A DNA stretch of 64,000 nucleotides from Minisyncoccota bacterium (GCA_041666545.1 JBAYGS010000001.1:153942-217941), one strand, 5' to 3'; shown: positions 47,405 through 56,551, numbered from the stretch's first letter. Numbers and translations: made by a program. Notes: generated by a model not told the origin, from the letters alone.

Positions 47405-48433
47405 TTACGCAACTGCGTACCTGCCCTCCTTATCTTTCTTAAAATACTTAGGGTTTTGCAGATTGACTACAATCGTATTCTCTTTAACATAGCGTTCCTT
47501 CAAAACCTTATCAATAACATCCTTTTTAACCATCGGGCCGTTCTTTTCGATAACCGCTCGAATCACATCTCGGACAACTCCCGGAGCATAACCCCACTCC
47601 TTGAGAGCATACAGACCTCGTCCAACCAAAACAAATCGTGGGTCCTTAATTAGTTCGTTGTGAGTAGTTGCCACATGAGCCTTCTTGCTGAAAATATTGC
47701 CAATCTGCTTGGCGACCTCACGGAAATGGATTGGGGAACCGTGCCTACGCAAAACTAGGTAGGCATAGTCTCGAATACCCTTAGCTTTGATGTTTGAGGA
47801 GGAAGCCTTACCCCATTCACCTAAAGGATTTCGGCCAATATTTTTTGATAGGGCCAACCAGCGCTTAATCACCTCCTCATCTTTGTACTTATCAGAAACA
47901 TCCTTCAAGTGCTCAAGAAAAGTCTCGACAAAATCCGACTCCGGAACAATGTCTTCATCGGAAAGAGATTTGTAAAGTTTTCGCAGAGATTCATGAATTT
48001 TCTTGGAAAGTTCATGATCGACATGCCAACGATGCTGAAATTCCTCGTCTTCCTTCTCCTTAAAGAAAGCATCGCCCAAGACCAACATAAAGTGAATTTG
48101 GTTTTGAATGCTCTTGTCCTTGGCGACATGATTCAAAAGGTCTTTTTCGGAAATAATCCCACCGAGCGAGTGGACCAAATCTGACAGCTGAGCAAAAGAG
48201 TCGGCCTCGTCTTTGTAATTCTTAGACTTCTTAATCTGCGCCAAAGCGTAGTTTTCGATCTGTCGAACCCGCTCGCGAGTGATGCCGTATTTCTTACCAA
48301 TGGCCTCAAGGGTCATTTTTTCGAAATCCTTGCCCAAGCCAAAACGACTGGTAATAATATCCCGGCCCCGTTCAGGAAGAGCGGTGATTAGATGCTTGAC
48401 GACCTGTTTTGATTTGAAATTAATGCTTGACAT
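47405..48433 (-). CDS. DNA-binding protein with an N-terminal sigma-70 region-4-type HTH and a C-terminal HARE-HTH-like winged helix
   Basis: N-terminus LPERGRDIITSRFGL...LEAIGKKYGITRERVRQIENYAL matches region 4.2. The C-terminus (HFREVAKQIGN...FVLVGRGLYALKEWGY) is HARE-HTH-like. Confidence 0.55.
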   Translation of the reverse strand: MSSINFKSKQVVKHLITALPERGRDIITSRFGLGKDFEKMTLEAIGKKYGITRERVRQIENYALAQIKKSKNYKDEADSFAQLSDLVHSLGGIISEKDLLNHVAKDKSIQNQIHFMLVLGDAFFKEKEDEEFQHRWHVDHELSKKIHESLRKLYKSLSDEDIVPESDFVETFLEHLKDVSDKYKDEEVIKRWLALSKNIGRNPLGEWGKASSSNIKAKGIRDYAYLVLRRHGSPIHFREVAKQIGNIFSKKAHVATTHNELIKDPRFVLVGRGLYALKEWGYAPGVVRDVIRAVIEKNGPMVKKDVIDKVLKERYVKENTIVVNLQNPKYFKKDKEGRYAVA

Positions 48434-48543
48434 GTTTGTCGATACGCTTTGACGCGATTAATAAATTAATAAATAAATACTTGGTAAATGACACTATATG
48501 TTAATAGTGTTTTATTGTCAAATTTCGGCCTTATTACTATGCA

Positions 48544-51500
48544 CTATACAATATCACTAACTACAAAATTAAGCAAGCGACCCTTTACATAAATGGTTTT
48601 AATCAGTTTCTTACCATTTAACCACTTAGAAACCTCGCTCATTTGCCTGGCCTTTTGCTCAATCTCAGCCTGGTTTGCCCCTATATCGATTTCCAAAATC
48701 GCCCGAGTTTTCCCGCTGATTTGGATGGCAATTTTGGCGGTTGAGTCCTGAATTTTCGCCGGATCAAAAGTCGGCCACGCTTCAAGGTGGATGGATTTCT
48801 TACTTGCCCGACTGCGTCCTCGCGGATTAGGGCTTACCAAATTAGACCACAGCTCTTCCGTGATGTGTGGCGCAAACGGAGCCAAAAGTTTTAATAAGAT
48901 CTTGAAATAATCTTCACCCAACTTCCCTACTGCTTCAATTTCATTAAGCAAAATCATCAGTGAGCTAATAGCAGTGTTGAATTTCATTTCGGAAATGTCT
49001 TCTGAAACCTTTTTGATTGTTTGATTAAATAGAATTTCCAGTTTCCCCTGTTGTTGGTTGTCAGTTGTAAGTTTGTACTGTAACCGCCAGACTCGCTCCA
49101 AAAATCGGCGTGAGCCGGCAATTCCTTCGGTACTCCAAGCAATCGCTTGATCAAAAGGCCCCAGAAACATCTCGTACAGACGCAAAGTGTCGGCGCCGAC
49201 TTTTTCAGAGATATCATCAGGGTTAACCACATTACCCCAACGCTTGCTCATCTTCCGTCCGTCCTCGCCCATAATCAAGCCGACTGTTTGAAGTCTAGTG
49301 AAAGGTTCAACTGTCGAAACGGCGCCAATATCAAGCAGGAACTTATGCCAAAAACGAGCATAGATTAAATGTCGGGTCGCATGCTCAGCCCCGCCAACAT
49401 AGAAATCTACCGGAAGCCAGTATTTAATTTTATTTTGAATATTGTTGCTTGAAATTTGTTTGGTTATTGTTTCTTGCGATTTGAGATTTTCGCTTATGCA
49501 ATAAGCGATATAGTACCAACTTGAGCCGGCCCATTGTGGCATCGTATTCGTCTCGCGCTTTGCCGGACCCTTGCACTTCGGACATTTCACATTCACCCAC
49601 TTAGAAATCGCGGCAAGCGGTGACTCACCTGTGCCAGTCGGCTCGTAAGATTTAACCTTGGGCAATTTGACCGGTAGATCTTTTTCCGGCACCGGTACGG
49701 CCACGGTGACCGGTTCAATCTCCCAGGCTACCAAACCATTCTGCTTAATCTTTTCGACATAATTAGCTCCAAAAGCACTGTAGGCAATCTCCAATTCTTT
49801 CGCCGATCGAAAATTCTTTTTGCTTAATTGCGACAAAATAGATTTATCTTTAAAAACCTCGTCAAAATTCTTATAGACTCTAGATGATTTGACTCGATAA
49901 ACCAGTTCCTCCCTAACTTTCCTAGTTTTTTGGTCCTTGCGGCTGAAAAGCAACAAATCACCAACCTTGAAATCGCCAAAATATCTCCCTTTTTCTTCAG
50001 GGTTAAGGGCACGAGTTTCTACAGTTTTGACTCCTGACTTCAAATCTCGCCAAACCGGCTCATAATAAAAGTTAAGAGTAGTTTTCGCCTTTGCCCGATC
50101 AGTCTCAAGGGCACATTGGGCACAGTGCACAAGTGGAATCGGTTCGCCCCAATACCTTTGACGCGAGAAGACCCAATCTCGGAGTTTGTACTTGGTAATC
50201 ATTTTCCCGCCGGCAAATTCAGTAATTTCTTTTTTGGCCAATGCCGACTCAGTGTCATTAAATTTACTTGAATTAATTAAAACACCGTGTCCAACAAAAG
50301 CCTGCTCTTTATCAAAGAGGCCCCAGGCGTATTGATTATTAGGCAGGTTAAGGAATTCTGGCATCTTGGCGCGCTCAATCCAGACCGGAGAATGTTTGGC
50401 CTTTTCAGATTCAGAGACTTCATCTTGCTCGCCATCCACTAGCTCAAAATAAAGTGTGTGGCCCAGGGAATATCTATTTACATCTTTATGACCGGCAAAG
50501 TAGTGGCTGTGAACTTCTCCTCCGACCCGACGAATAAACTTGGCATTCTTAAAGCCGGTCTCCTCATGGATTTCACGCTTGGCGGTTTCCGTGACATCTT
50601 CGCCGTCTTCAACCCCGCCGATAATAAAGGAGTGCCAATTAAATTTTTGCCAGTCCAAACACAAAAACTTATCTTCTTGCCAATGCTTCAGGATCACGTA
50701 AACCGTTTTCCGCTTTTCTGTCTTTTTGTCGGCACGAACAGCATCCGGTCCGGAAACAGTTTTAAAGTATGGAGCAATAACTTCCTTAATCGGCAAATTA
50801 TATTTCTTAGCAAAAGCAAAATCGCGCTCATCGTGGGCCGGCACGGCCATTACTGCGCCGGTGCCGTAGTCAGCCAAAACATAATCGGCCACCCAGATTG
50901 ACACTTCCTCGTTATTGGCCGGATTAATCGCCTTAATACCTTTCAGCTCGACTCCGGTTTTCTCTTTATTTTCGGCTGTGCGCTCGATTTCGGTTTTATT
51001 CTTCGATAGTACGATATATCGTACTATCTCGTCCCAGTTTTGAATTTTTGGTTTTAAGTCTTGGAGTAATTTTGATTCCGGCGCCAACACCACATAAGTG
51101 ACGCCGAAAAGCGTATCGGCTCTGGTCGTAAACACTCTAATCTCCTCCTCAACTTGAAACTTTAAACTTGAAACTTTAAAACTAATCTCCGATCCTTCCG
51201 ACTTCCCAATCCAATTTTTCTGAAGCTCGATAATCGAATTCGGCCAGTTTAAAATCGGCCCGCCAGTTTTATCCTTCGCGTCCAAATCGGCAAGCAGTCT
51301 TTCGGCATAATCAGTAATTCTCAAAACCCACTGACGCATCGGCTTTTTCTCAACCACACTGCTACAGCGTTCGCAAAGGCCATCTTCCACATCCTCATTC
51401 GCCAAACCGGTCTTGCAAGACGGGCACCAGTTGATCGGTTCAAAGGATTCATAAGCCAAACCTTTTTCAAAAAGTTTTAAGAAAATCCACTGCGTCCACT

Positions 51501-51918
51501 TGTAATAGGCCGGGTCGGTCGTGTTTACTTCCCGACTCCAATCATAATCAAAACCAAAAATCTCCAACTGCTTTTTATAGCGTTTAACATTCTTGGCGAC
51601 CGCAATCGCCGGATTAGTCTTGGTTTTGATGGCATAGTTCTCAGCCGGTAAACCGAACGCATCAAAGCCCATCGGGTGAAGCACCGAGTGGCCCTGCATT
51701 CTTTTCATTCGCGAAATTATATCGGTTGCGATATAGCCCTTGGGATGCCCAACATGAAGCCCTTCACCGGATGGATACGGGAACATGTCCAAAATATAAA
51801 ACTTTTTTTTATTTGAATCTTCCTTAGTGGCATAAATTTTCTGCTTTGCCCAAATCTTCTGCCACTTCGATTCAATTTTGCGATGATTATAGTCTTTGCT
51901 GTGCATAGGCAAAATCAT
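48544..51918 (-). CDS. leuS: leucyl-tRNA synthetase with two inserted extra domains (Nudix-like and ASCH/PUA-like)
   Basis: HIGH-type motif GLHVGHPKGY, CP1 editing motif YGTGAVMAVPAHDERDFAFA, KMSKR. The protein is 1124 aa, against a typical ~800-860 aa. Details are in the findings. Confidence 0.9.
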   Translation of the reverse strand: MILPMHSKDYNHRKIESKWQKIWAKQKIYATKEDSNKKKFYILDMFPYPSGEGLHVGHPKGYIATDIISRMKRMQGHSVLHPMGFDAFGLPAENYAIKTKTNPAIAVAKNVKRYKKQLEIFGFDYDWSREVNTTDPAYYKWTQWIFLKLFEKGLAYESFEPINWCPSCKTGLANEDVEDGLCERCSSVVEKKPMRQWVLRITDYAERLLADLDAKDKTGGPILNWPNSIIELQKNWIGKSEGSEISFKVSSLKFQVEEEIRVFTTRADTLFGVTYVVLAPESKLLQDLKPKIQNWDEIVRYIVLSKNKTEIERTAENKEKTGVELKGIKAINPANNEEVSIWVADYVLADYGTGAVMAVPAHDERDFAFAKKYNLPIKEVIAPYFKTVSGPDAVRADKKTEKRKTVYVILKHWQEDKFLCLDWQKFNWHSFIIGGVEDGEDVTETAKREIHEETGFKNAKFIRRVGGEVHSHYFAGHKDVNRYSLGHTLYFELVDGEQDEVSESEKAKHSPVWIERAKMPEFLNLPNNQYAWGLFDKEQAFVGHGVLINSSKFNDTESALAKKEITEFAGGKMITKYKLRDWVFSRQRYWGEPIPLVHCAQCALETDRAKAKTTLNFYYEPVWRDLKSGVKTVETRALNPEEKGRYFGDFKVGDLLLFSRKDQKTRKVREELVYRVKSSRVYKNFDEVFKDKSILSQLSKKNFRSAKELEIAYSAFGANYVEKIKQNGLVAWEIEPVTVAVPVPEKDLPVKLPKVKSYEPTGTGESPLAAISKWVNVKCPKCKGPAKRETNTMPQWAGSSWYYIAYCISENLKSQETITKQISSNNIQNKIKYWLPVDFYVGGAEHATRHLIYARFWHKFLLDIGAVSTVEPFTRLQTVGLIMGEDGRKMSKRWGNVVNPDDISEKVGADTLRLYEMFLGPFDQAIAWSTEGIAGSRRFLERVWRLQYKLTTDNQQQGKLEILFNQTIKKVSEDISEMKFNTAISSLMILLNEIEAVGKLGEDYFKILLKLLAPFAPHITEELWSNLVSPNPRGRSRASKKSIHLEAWPTFDPAKIQDSTAKIAIQISGKTRAILEIDIGANQAEIEQKARQMSEVSKWLNGKKLIKTIYVKGRLLNFVVSDIV

Positions 51919-51943
51919 ACAACCATTAGTGTTTTTTTCAAAG

Positions 51944-51980
51944 AGAAAAGCCGGCTCGTCTGACGAGCCGGCTTTTTAAA
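51944..51980. terminator. bidirectional terminator
   Basis: aaagccggctcgtctgacgagccggcttttt. Confidence 0.8.
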
Positions 51981-51983
51981 TTT

Positions 51984-52949
51984 TTAGTAACCCATCGGCA
52001 CAGTCCTCACATTTACCGGATAGCGGTCCTTGTCAATCGTTCTGGCAAAACAGAAATCTCCAGCCGAGTGTTGCCAATTCTCATTGGTTCCATAGCTGTA
52101 ATCATTGGCCCTGCGGGTGTCTTTGGAATTATCCAGGGCAAACTTGCCGCACAACTTGAAATTCAGACTCTCCGAACCGTTAACGCCAAAACTATAGTCA
52201 ACCTTGGTCTCTGGATCCTTTGGCGCTTTCCAGCCGGAAATTGAATCCTCAAGATCAGTTAGAGCCGTCGGCAACCGCCCCTTGCTCTGCCAATAGCTAA
52301 TCACTTGCCACTGAATATTTTGTAGGTCACTTACCCTTTGATCATCGAATCGGGCCTGGCGAGCCGTCATTGGCGAACCGACCGCAAGGAAGGCAACGAC
52401 AATGGAAACCAGCACAATTGCCGCCGTGCCCCACTTGTAAGCATTGCGGACCAGCCTGTCACCAGCACTACCTTTTCGTAAATCGTAGAGATAGTAGGAG
52501 AAAATCAGAGCGCCAACAATCAAAATCACCAGAGCTTTTAGGATAAATCTGGTGGCGATTTCACCGGAAAGAAAAACATTAATCACGGCAATCAGATCTC
52601 CGATGATAAGTCCGCCCGCCAAAAACAATGTCAGATACACAATCACTTTGTGAATTCCGACTTCACGCTTCTCTGGATGCAGGTCGGCATCCTTACGAAT
52701 CAAGGTCATGAGCCAAAGATAAACCGGGAAAAGCACAATGAGCGAAGAAATCGCAAAACGCATCCCACCAGTAAAACCGTAGCTGTAATAATTGACAGTA
52801 TCAATCAGCCAATAATCGATAGTTGAAAACAAAAGAGCGATTAAACTGCCCGCGGAGACATACATCACGATTGCCGCCGCCACATTTAGAAAGAAATCCT
52901 TTGGCCCCATTTTTGGCTTAGCAATCGAAACAACTGAATTTGGATCCAT
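51984..52949 (-). CDS. hypothetical polytopic membrane protein with a C-terminal soluble domain
   Basis: About 5 TM helices. No recognised family. Confidence 0.5.
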   Translation of the reverse strand: MDPNSVVSIAKPKMGPKDFFLNVAAAIVMYVSAGSLIALLFSTIDYWLIDTVNYYSYGFTGGMRFAISSLIVLFPVYLWLMTLIRKDADLHPEKREVGIHKVIVYLTLFLAGGLIIGDLIAVINVFLSGEIATRFILKALVILIVGALIFSYYLYDLRKGSAGDRLVRNAYKWGTAAIVLVSIVVAFLAVGSPMTARQARFDDQRVSDLQNIQWQVISYWQSKGRLPTALTDLEDSISGWKAPKDPETKVDYSFGVNGSESLNFKLCGKFALDNSKDTRRANDYSYGTNENWQHSAGDFCFARTIDKDRYPVNVRTVPMGY

Positions 52950-53057
52950 GTTAATAATTAGATTATTTTTAATACCGTTAATTTTACATTATAAAACCCG
53001 CTCTGACGAGAGCGGTTTAAGAAAGCGAGAACCCCATAAAACAGAATCTCGGCCTCC

Positions 53058-53085
53058 TTGACATCAGAAATATTTTATGTAAAAT
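53058..53085 (+). promoter_or_regulatory. consensus sigma70-like promoter (TTGACA-16-TAAAAT)
   Basis: Lies upstream of the pilin-like gene. RBS aaaagga sits 5 nt before the ATG at 53106. Confidence 0.6.
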
Positions 53086-53105
53086 GCAAAGCAGAAAAGG
53101 ACCGT

Positions 53106-53513
53106 ATGAAAATTAAAACCAGAAACAAGAGAGCATTCGTCTTCGTTGAGTTATTGGTGATACTGGCAATTATTGGGATAATGGCAGCCATGCTCCTACC
53201 TGCCATCGTCAAGGCCAAGAAAAGGGCCGCGGAAAACCAACTTAAGGAGGAAGTGGCCAAGACTTCGATTATCGAACTTCCCGCCGGCATCACCGGCAAG
53301 GTTTTCAAAGTCCACTGTGTTTACACCAACAATCTTGCGAAGGTCATGCTCGTCGGTGAAACTGCAGGTGGCCCCAAGAGCATGAGCTTTATCACCTCCG
53401 TGCCACCGAAATCACCTATCCCGATGGCCGGCAAATTTTACACAGCAACCGATAGTGGTTTGGCTGAGGTCGTCGGGTCGGCAACCGATCCCTCGCCCAC
53501 CGGTCAACACTAG
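53106..53513 (+). CDS. type IV pilin-like protein (prepilin-type N-terminal domain, non-canonical cleavage site)
   Basis: The N-terminus MKIKTRNKRAFVFVELLVILAIIGIMAAMLLPAI resembles the pilin N-terminal helix with Glu at +5, but has Ala instead of Gly at -1. Confidence 0.6.
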   Translation: MKIKTRNKRAFVFVELLVILAIIGIMAAMLLPAIVKAKKRAAENQLKEEVAKTSIIELPAGITGKVFKVHCVYTNNLAKVMLVGETAGGPKSMSFITSVPPKSPIPMAGKFYTATDSGLAEVVGSATDPSPTGQH

Positions 53514-53529
53514 GGCAACATCACCCTTA

Positions 53530-53557
53530 CGCCGAAGCGCTCCGCGCTTCGGCTTTT
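53530..53557 (+). terminator. terminator of the pilin-like gene
   Basis: gccgaagcgctccgcgcttcggcttttt. Confidence 0.8.
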
Positions 53558-53562
53558 TCAAT

Positions 53563-53612
53563 TAAAAACCCGCCATCTCGTGACAGAGGGTTCTGTTTTG
53601 AGATGGCGGGTT
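53563..53612 (-). terminator. terminator of the 53618..53914 gene
   Basis: 12 bp stem acccgccatctc/gagatggcgggt, with a T-run in minus sense. Confidence 0.65.
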
Positions 53613-53617
53613 GTAAA

Positions 53618-53914
53618 TTACTTTTTCTTCTTCCGACTCGCGTTAACCGCCGCGATAATTAAATCGGCAGTAGCTCGACTGGGAGCTTCTACCACCAAAT
53701 CACCAAAACGGTCTAGAATGGCAAAGTTGTTTCTCCCGATGCCTCGATCCTGAATACCAAGCTTCCATGGCCCAGGGGCAGGTTCGAAGTAGCCCTTCCT
53801 TTCCAAGGAAGCCATAGCTTCCATAAAGGTACCCCCCTCAAGCGCCGCCGCTTCATGGAAGGTCGGACGCCGTGAATTGAGATAAGATTTCGGCGGTTTC
53901 TTCATATCCTTCAT
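53618..53914 (-). CDS. hypothetical protein (98 aa)
   Basis: RBS gaaagg upstream. Lys-rich C-terminus. Confidence 0.45.
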   Translation of the reverse strand: MKDMKKPPKSYLNSRRPTFHEAAALEGGTFMEAMASLERKGYFEPAPGPWKLGIQDRGIGRNNFAILDRFGDLVVEAPSRATADLIIAAVNASRKKKK

Positions 53915-54016
53915 ATTCTCAGCCTTTCTTTTTTGAAGTACGAAAATGGCTCTAATCCGAAACTATCATATAAACCGCCTCTTGTCAACACTAGTAGACC
54001 CGCCATTGTGCCTCGC

Positions 54017-54044
54017 TTGACAATTTATACAGCTATGATATAAT
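54017..54044 (+). promoter_or_regulatory. perfect consensus sigma70 promoter (TTGACA-16-TATAAT)
   Basis: Located 34 nt upstream of the ATG at 54078, which has an aaagga RBS. Confidence 0.65.
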
Positions 54045-54077
54045 AGCCTCAGATTCGTTTTCAACAGAAAGGAAAAT

Positions 54078-54368
54078 ATGCGAGCGACGATTAAGTTAAT
54101 TTTGGAGGAGGTAACAGCCGAGCTTTGTGAACAGCAGGACTTCGAGGCCGCCGCGACAGTCCGCAATTTGAAGCGACTGGTAGACCCTGAAGGAATATGG
54201 CGGCTTAGCCGGCTTGAAGAGGAAGCTGCCAGGAAATTTCTTAAGGTCTTGATTGGCGCACGAGTTACAACCGTCAAAAACAGTGCGTTCAGGAGCGAGC
54301 GCCATAAGAAATTGGCGGCATTAAGTGCCACGAAACCGAAAAGTCGGCACCAAAACAAGCGCCGGTAG
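54078..54368 (+). CDS. hypothetical small protein (96 aa) with consensus promoter, RBS and terminator
   Basis: Product MRATIKLILEEVTAELCEQQDFEAAATVRNLKRLVDPEG... with a basic C-terminus. No recognised family. Confidence 0.55.
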   Translation: MRATIKLILEEVTAELCEQQDFEAAATVRNLKRLVDPEGIWRLSRLEEEAARKFLKVLIGARVTTVKNSAFRSERHKKLAALSATKPKSRHQNKRR

Positions 54369-54431
54369 CACAGAATCTGAAGGTAAGGCGAGCGGAACAA
54401 TCCTTTGCGAAAGCCTCGACCCCAACTTCAG

Positions 54432-54468
54432 CCCGCCAAGGCGTCAGTCTTGGTGGGTTTTTATTTTT
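54432..54468 (+). terminator. rho-independent terminator
   Basis: cccgccaaggcgtcagtcttggtgggtttttattttt. Confidence 0.7.
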
Positions 54469-54564
54469 CAACAACTGCTGACACGGGGGCCTATTCATCC
54501 TCTTTTAGCCCCTTGTTCATTAGACAATCTTATGTGATAATTCCGAGTGAAAGGGTTCTTATCT

Positions 54565-54771
54565 ATGAAAGCCAAAGAAATCACTCCCACTGAAGCTCGG
54601 TGCGGTGTCGGCCCCTGTCCAGCCGTCTTCAAGACCGACCGCAACACACTCATCATCATCGGGTCAGTCCCTGCCGGTAGCGAACTCCCCCGCAACATCC
54701 GAAGAAAAATGGGCAAGGGCGAAACCGCCATCGAGGTCCCCGCGAATGTTCTGCCCCCAAGCCCCAAGTAA
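54565..54771 (+). CDS. hypothetical small protein (68 aa)
   Basis: An extended -10-like tgtgataat lies upstream. A terminator follows at 54795. Product MKAKEITPTEARCGVGPCPAVFK... Confidence 0.4.
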   Translation: MKAKEITPTEARCGVGPCPAVFKTDRNTLIIIGSVPAGSELPRNIRRKMGKGETAIEVPANVLPPSPK

Positions 54772-54794
54772 GTTCCGACCGGCGACCAGTCTCG

Positions 54795-54822
54795 GCCATC
54801 ATTTCGGTGATGGCCTTTTATC
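54795..54822 (+). terminator. rho-independent terminator
   Basis: ggccatcatttcggtgatggcctttta. Confidence 0.7.
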
Positions 54823-54946
54823 TATATTCTAAACTCTATCGCACTACCATCTTTCATTTTTTTAGAAGTTTGATAATATTAATATATTCGTAGCGAGAAC
54901 ACTGACCAATCTCCTACTTCTCCGAAAGGGGCGACGCGAATTGGTT

Positions 54947-55019
54947 ATCACAGAAATTTGGGAGCGTTGCTAGTCAACCAGGCGATTCCCTGAGACTCCT
55001 AAATTTCTGTGATTTTTTC
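54947..55019 (+). terminator. long hairpin (18 bp stem, ~31 nt loop) plus T-run, next to the ychF stop
   Basis: atcacagaaatttgggag ... ctcctaaatttctgtgat tttttct. It is plus-oriented with no plus-strand gene upstream, so it may be a small RNA 3' end or a bidirectional terminator. Confidence 0.45.
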
Positions 55020-55023
55020 TTGC

Positions 55024-56121
55024 CTAAATCTTAAACTCAATCACATCCCCACCTTTGACGATATACTCCTTCCCTTCCGTCCTCAACATACCTTTTTCGC
55101 GGGCGTTGCTGTAAGAGCCTGCAGAGAGCAGTTTGTCCCACTCAATCACCTCGGCCTTAACAAATTTTTCTTTGAAATCACCATGAATCGCCGTGCCGGC
55201 CTCCGGCGCGGTCCAACCTTTTTTGATGGTCCAACCACGAGTTTCATCCTCGCCGGTTGTGAAATAAGTAATCAAATCCAAAGTCTCATAACCTTTTTTA
55301 ATTAAGTCGTTGATACCATCGTCTTTCACGCCAAGGCCTTCACGCATTTCTTTCTTATCCGTATCCCCCATATCTTTGAGCTCTTGTTCAAACCCAGCAT
55401 CCACCGCCACCCACTTGGCATTATTTTGTTTGAAAAATTCCAAAAGCTTCTGATACCTTTCGTCATTAAGATCATCCAAATTCTTGCCGCCGGCCTTTTT
55501 ATTCAAAACATAAATAATCGGTTTGGCTGAAATCAGACAGAGCTGTTTCAACATTGGTTTCTCAAAATCATCGGCCGGAACGGTCGAAGCCAACTTCCCT
55601 GCCTCAAGCGCGATTTTCAATTTGGCCAAAAGTCCTTCTTCAATTTTTGCCTCTTTTTTGCCGGCCTTCACATCTCTCCCGATATTCGTAATTCTTTTTG
55701 AGACCGTCTGCAAGTCGGCCAAAATCAATTCCAGATTAATTACCTCAATATCGCTAAGGGGATTAATTTTGCCGTCAACATGAATAATATTGTCATCTTC
55801 AAAAATTCGCACCACTTCGGCAATGGCGTCCGTCTCACGAATATTGGTCAGGAATTGATTGCCCAAACCTTCACCAACCGAAGCCCCTTTCACTAGTCCC
55901 GCAATGTCAACAAATTCAACCGCCGCTGGCACGGTTTTGGCCGATTTGGAAAAGTCAGAAAGCTTTTGCAAGCGCTCATCCGGAACCGCCACCACCCCCA
56001 CCGACGGATCAATCGTGGCAAAAGGATAATTCGCCACCAAGACACTCTTGCGAGTCAGAGCGTTAAAAAGAGTGGACTTCCCAACATTAGGCAGACCGAC
56101 GATACCAATACTTAGAGACAT
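55024..56121 (-). CDS. ychF: ribosome-binding ATPase YchF (Obg-family GTPase)
   Basis: GIVGLPNVGKSTLFNALT P-loop, TGS domain and YchF C-terminus. Confidence 0.95.
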   Translation of the reverse strand: MSLSIGIVGLPNVGKSTLFNALTRKSVLVANYPFATIDPSVGVVAVPDERLQKLSDFSKSAKTVPAAVEFVDIAGLVKGASVGEGLGNQFLTNIRETDAIAEVVRIFEDDNIIHVDGKINPLSDIEVINLELILADLQTVSKRITNIGRDVKAGKKEAKIEEGLLAKLKIALEAGKLASTVPADDFEKPMLKQLCLISAKPIIYVLNKKAGGKNLDDLNDERYQKLLEFFKQNNAKWVAVDAGFEQELKDMGDTDKKEMREGLGVKDDGINDLIKKGYETLDLITYFTTGEDETRGWTIKKGWTAPEAGTAIHGDFKEKFVKAEVIEWDKLLSAGSYSNAREKGMLRTEGKEYIVKGGDVIEFKI

Positions 56122-56173
56122 GCTCCAAAAGATATCACAAATCGTCCGAAATACGAAAACTGATTATTTCACT

Positions 56174-56261
56174 GACTCACTAAAGCATTTTCACCAACTG
56201 CACTAAATTCTGCGATAGCAGAATTTAGTGCAGTTTGAAAAACTTTAAAAATTAGTGAGTC
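56174..56261. promoter_or_regulatory. nested inverted repeats in the ychF upstream region
   Basis: Outer pair gactcactaa/ttagtgagtc. Inner 18 bp stem aactgcactaaattctgc GATA gcagaatttagtgcagtt. Confidence 0.5.
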
Positions 56262-56280
56262 TGGAACAGATAATTTAGAT

Positions 56281-56541
56281 TTACAGAATTCCGCTAAGCT
56301 CCTTTTGGTATTTAGAAACCACCTCCTTAACCGCTTCCATTTTATCCTTGCCCGAGTCGGTCAAAACTTTAGCCTCCTCGGCAATTTTTTTAAATAAATC
56401 CGGATTTTTTTCAATCATGGCAATCAAGCGGTCTTGCTCCGCCTCCGGCACACCCTTTAACTGGGTCGACAGCATTTTTTTAAGTAAAAATTTTTGAAAC
56501 ATCTGAATATGATACCAGAATAACCAGGAACCAAGAAACAA
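56281..56541 (-). CDS. hypothetical small protein
   Basis: 86-aa ORF. No recognised family. Confidence 0.35.
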   Translation of the reverse strand: MFLGSWLFWYHIQMFQKFLLKKMLSTQLKGVPEAEQDRLIAMIEKNPDLFKKIAEEAKVLTDSGKDKMEAVKEVVSKYQKELSGIL

Positions 56542-56551
56542 TAACCAAACG

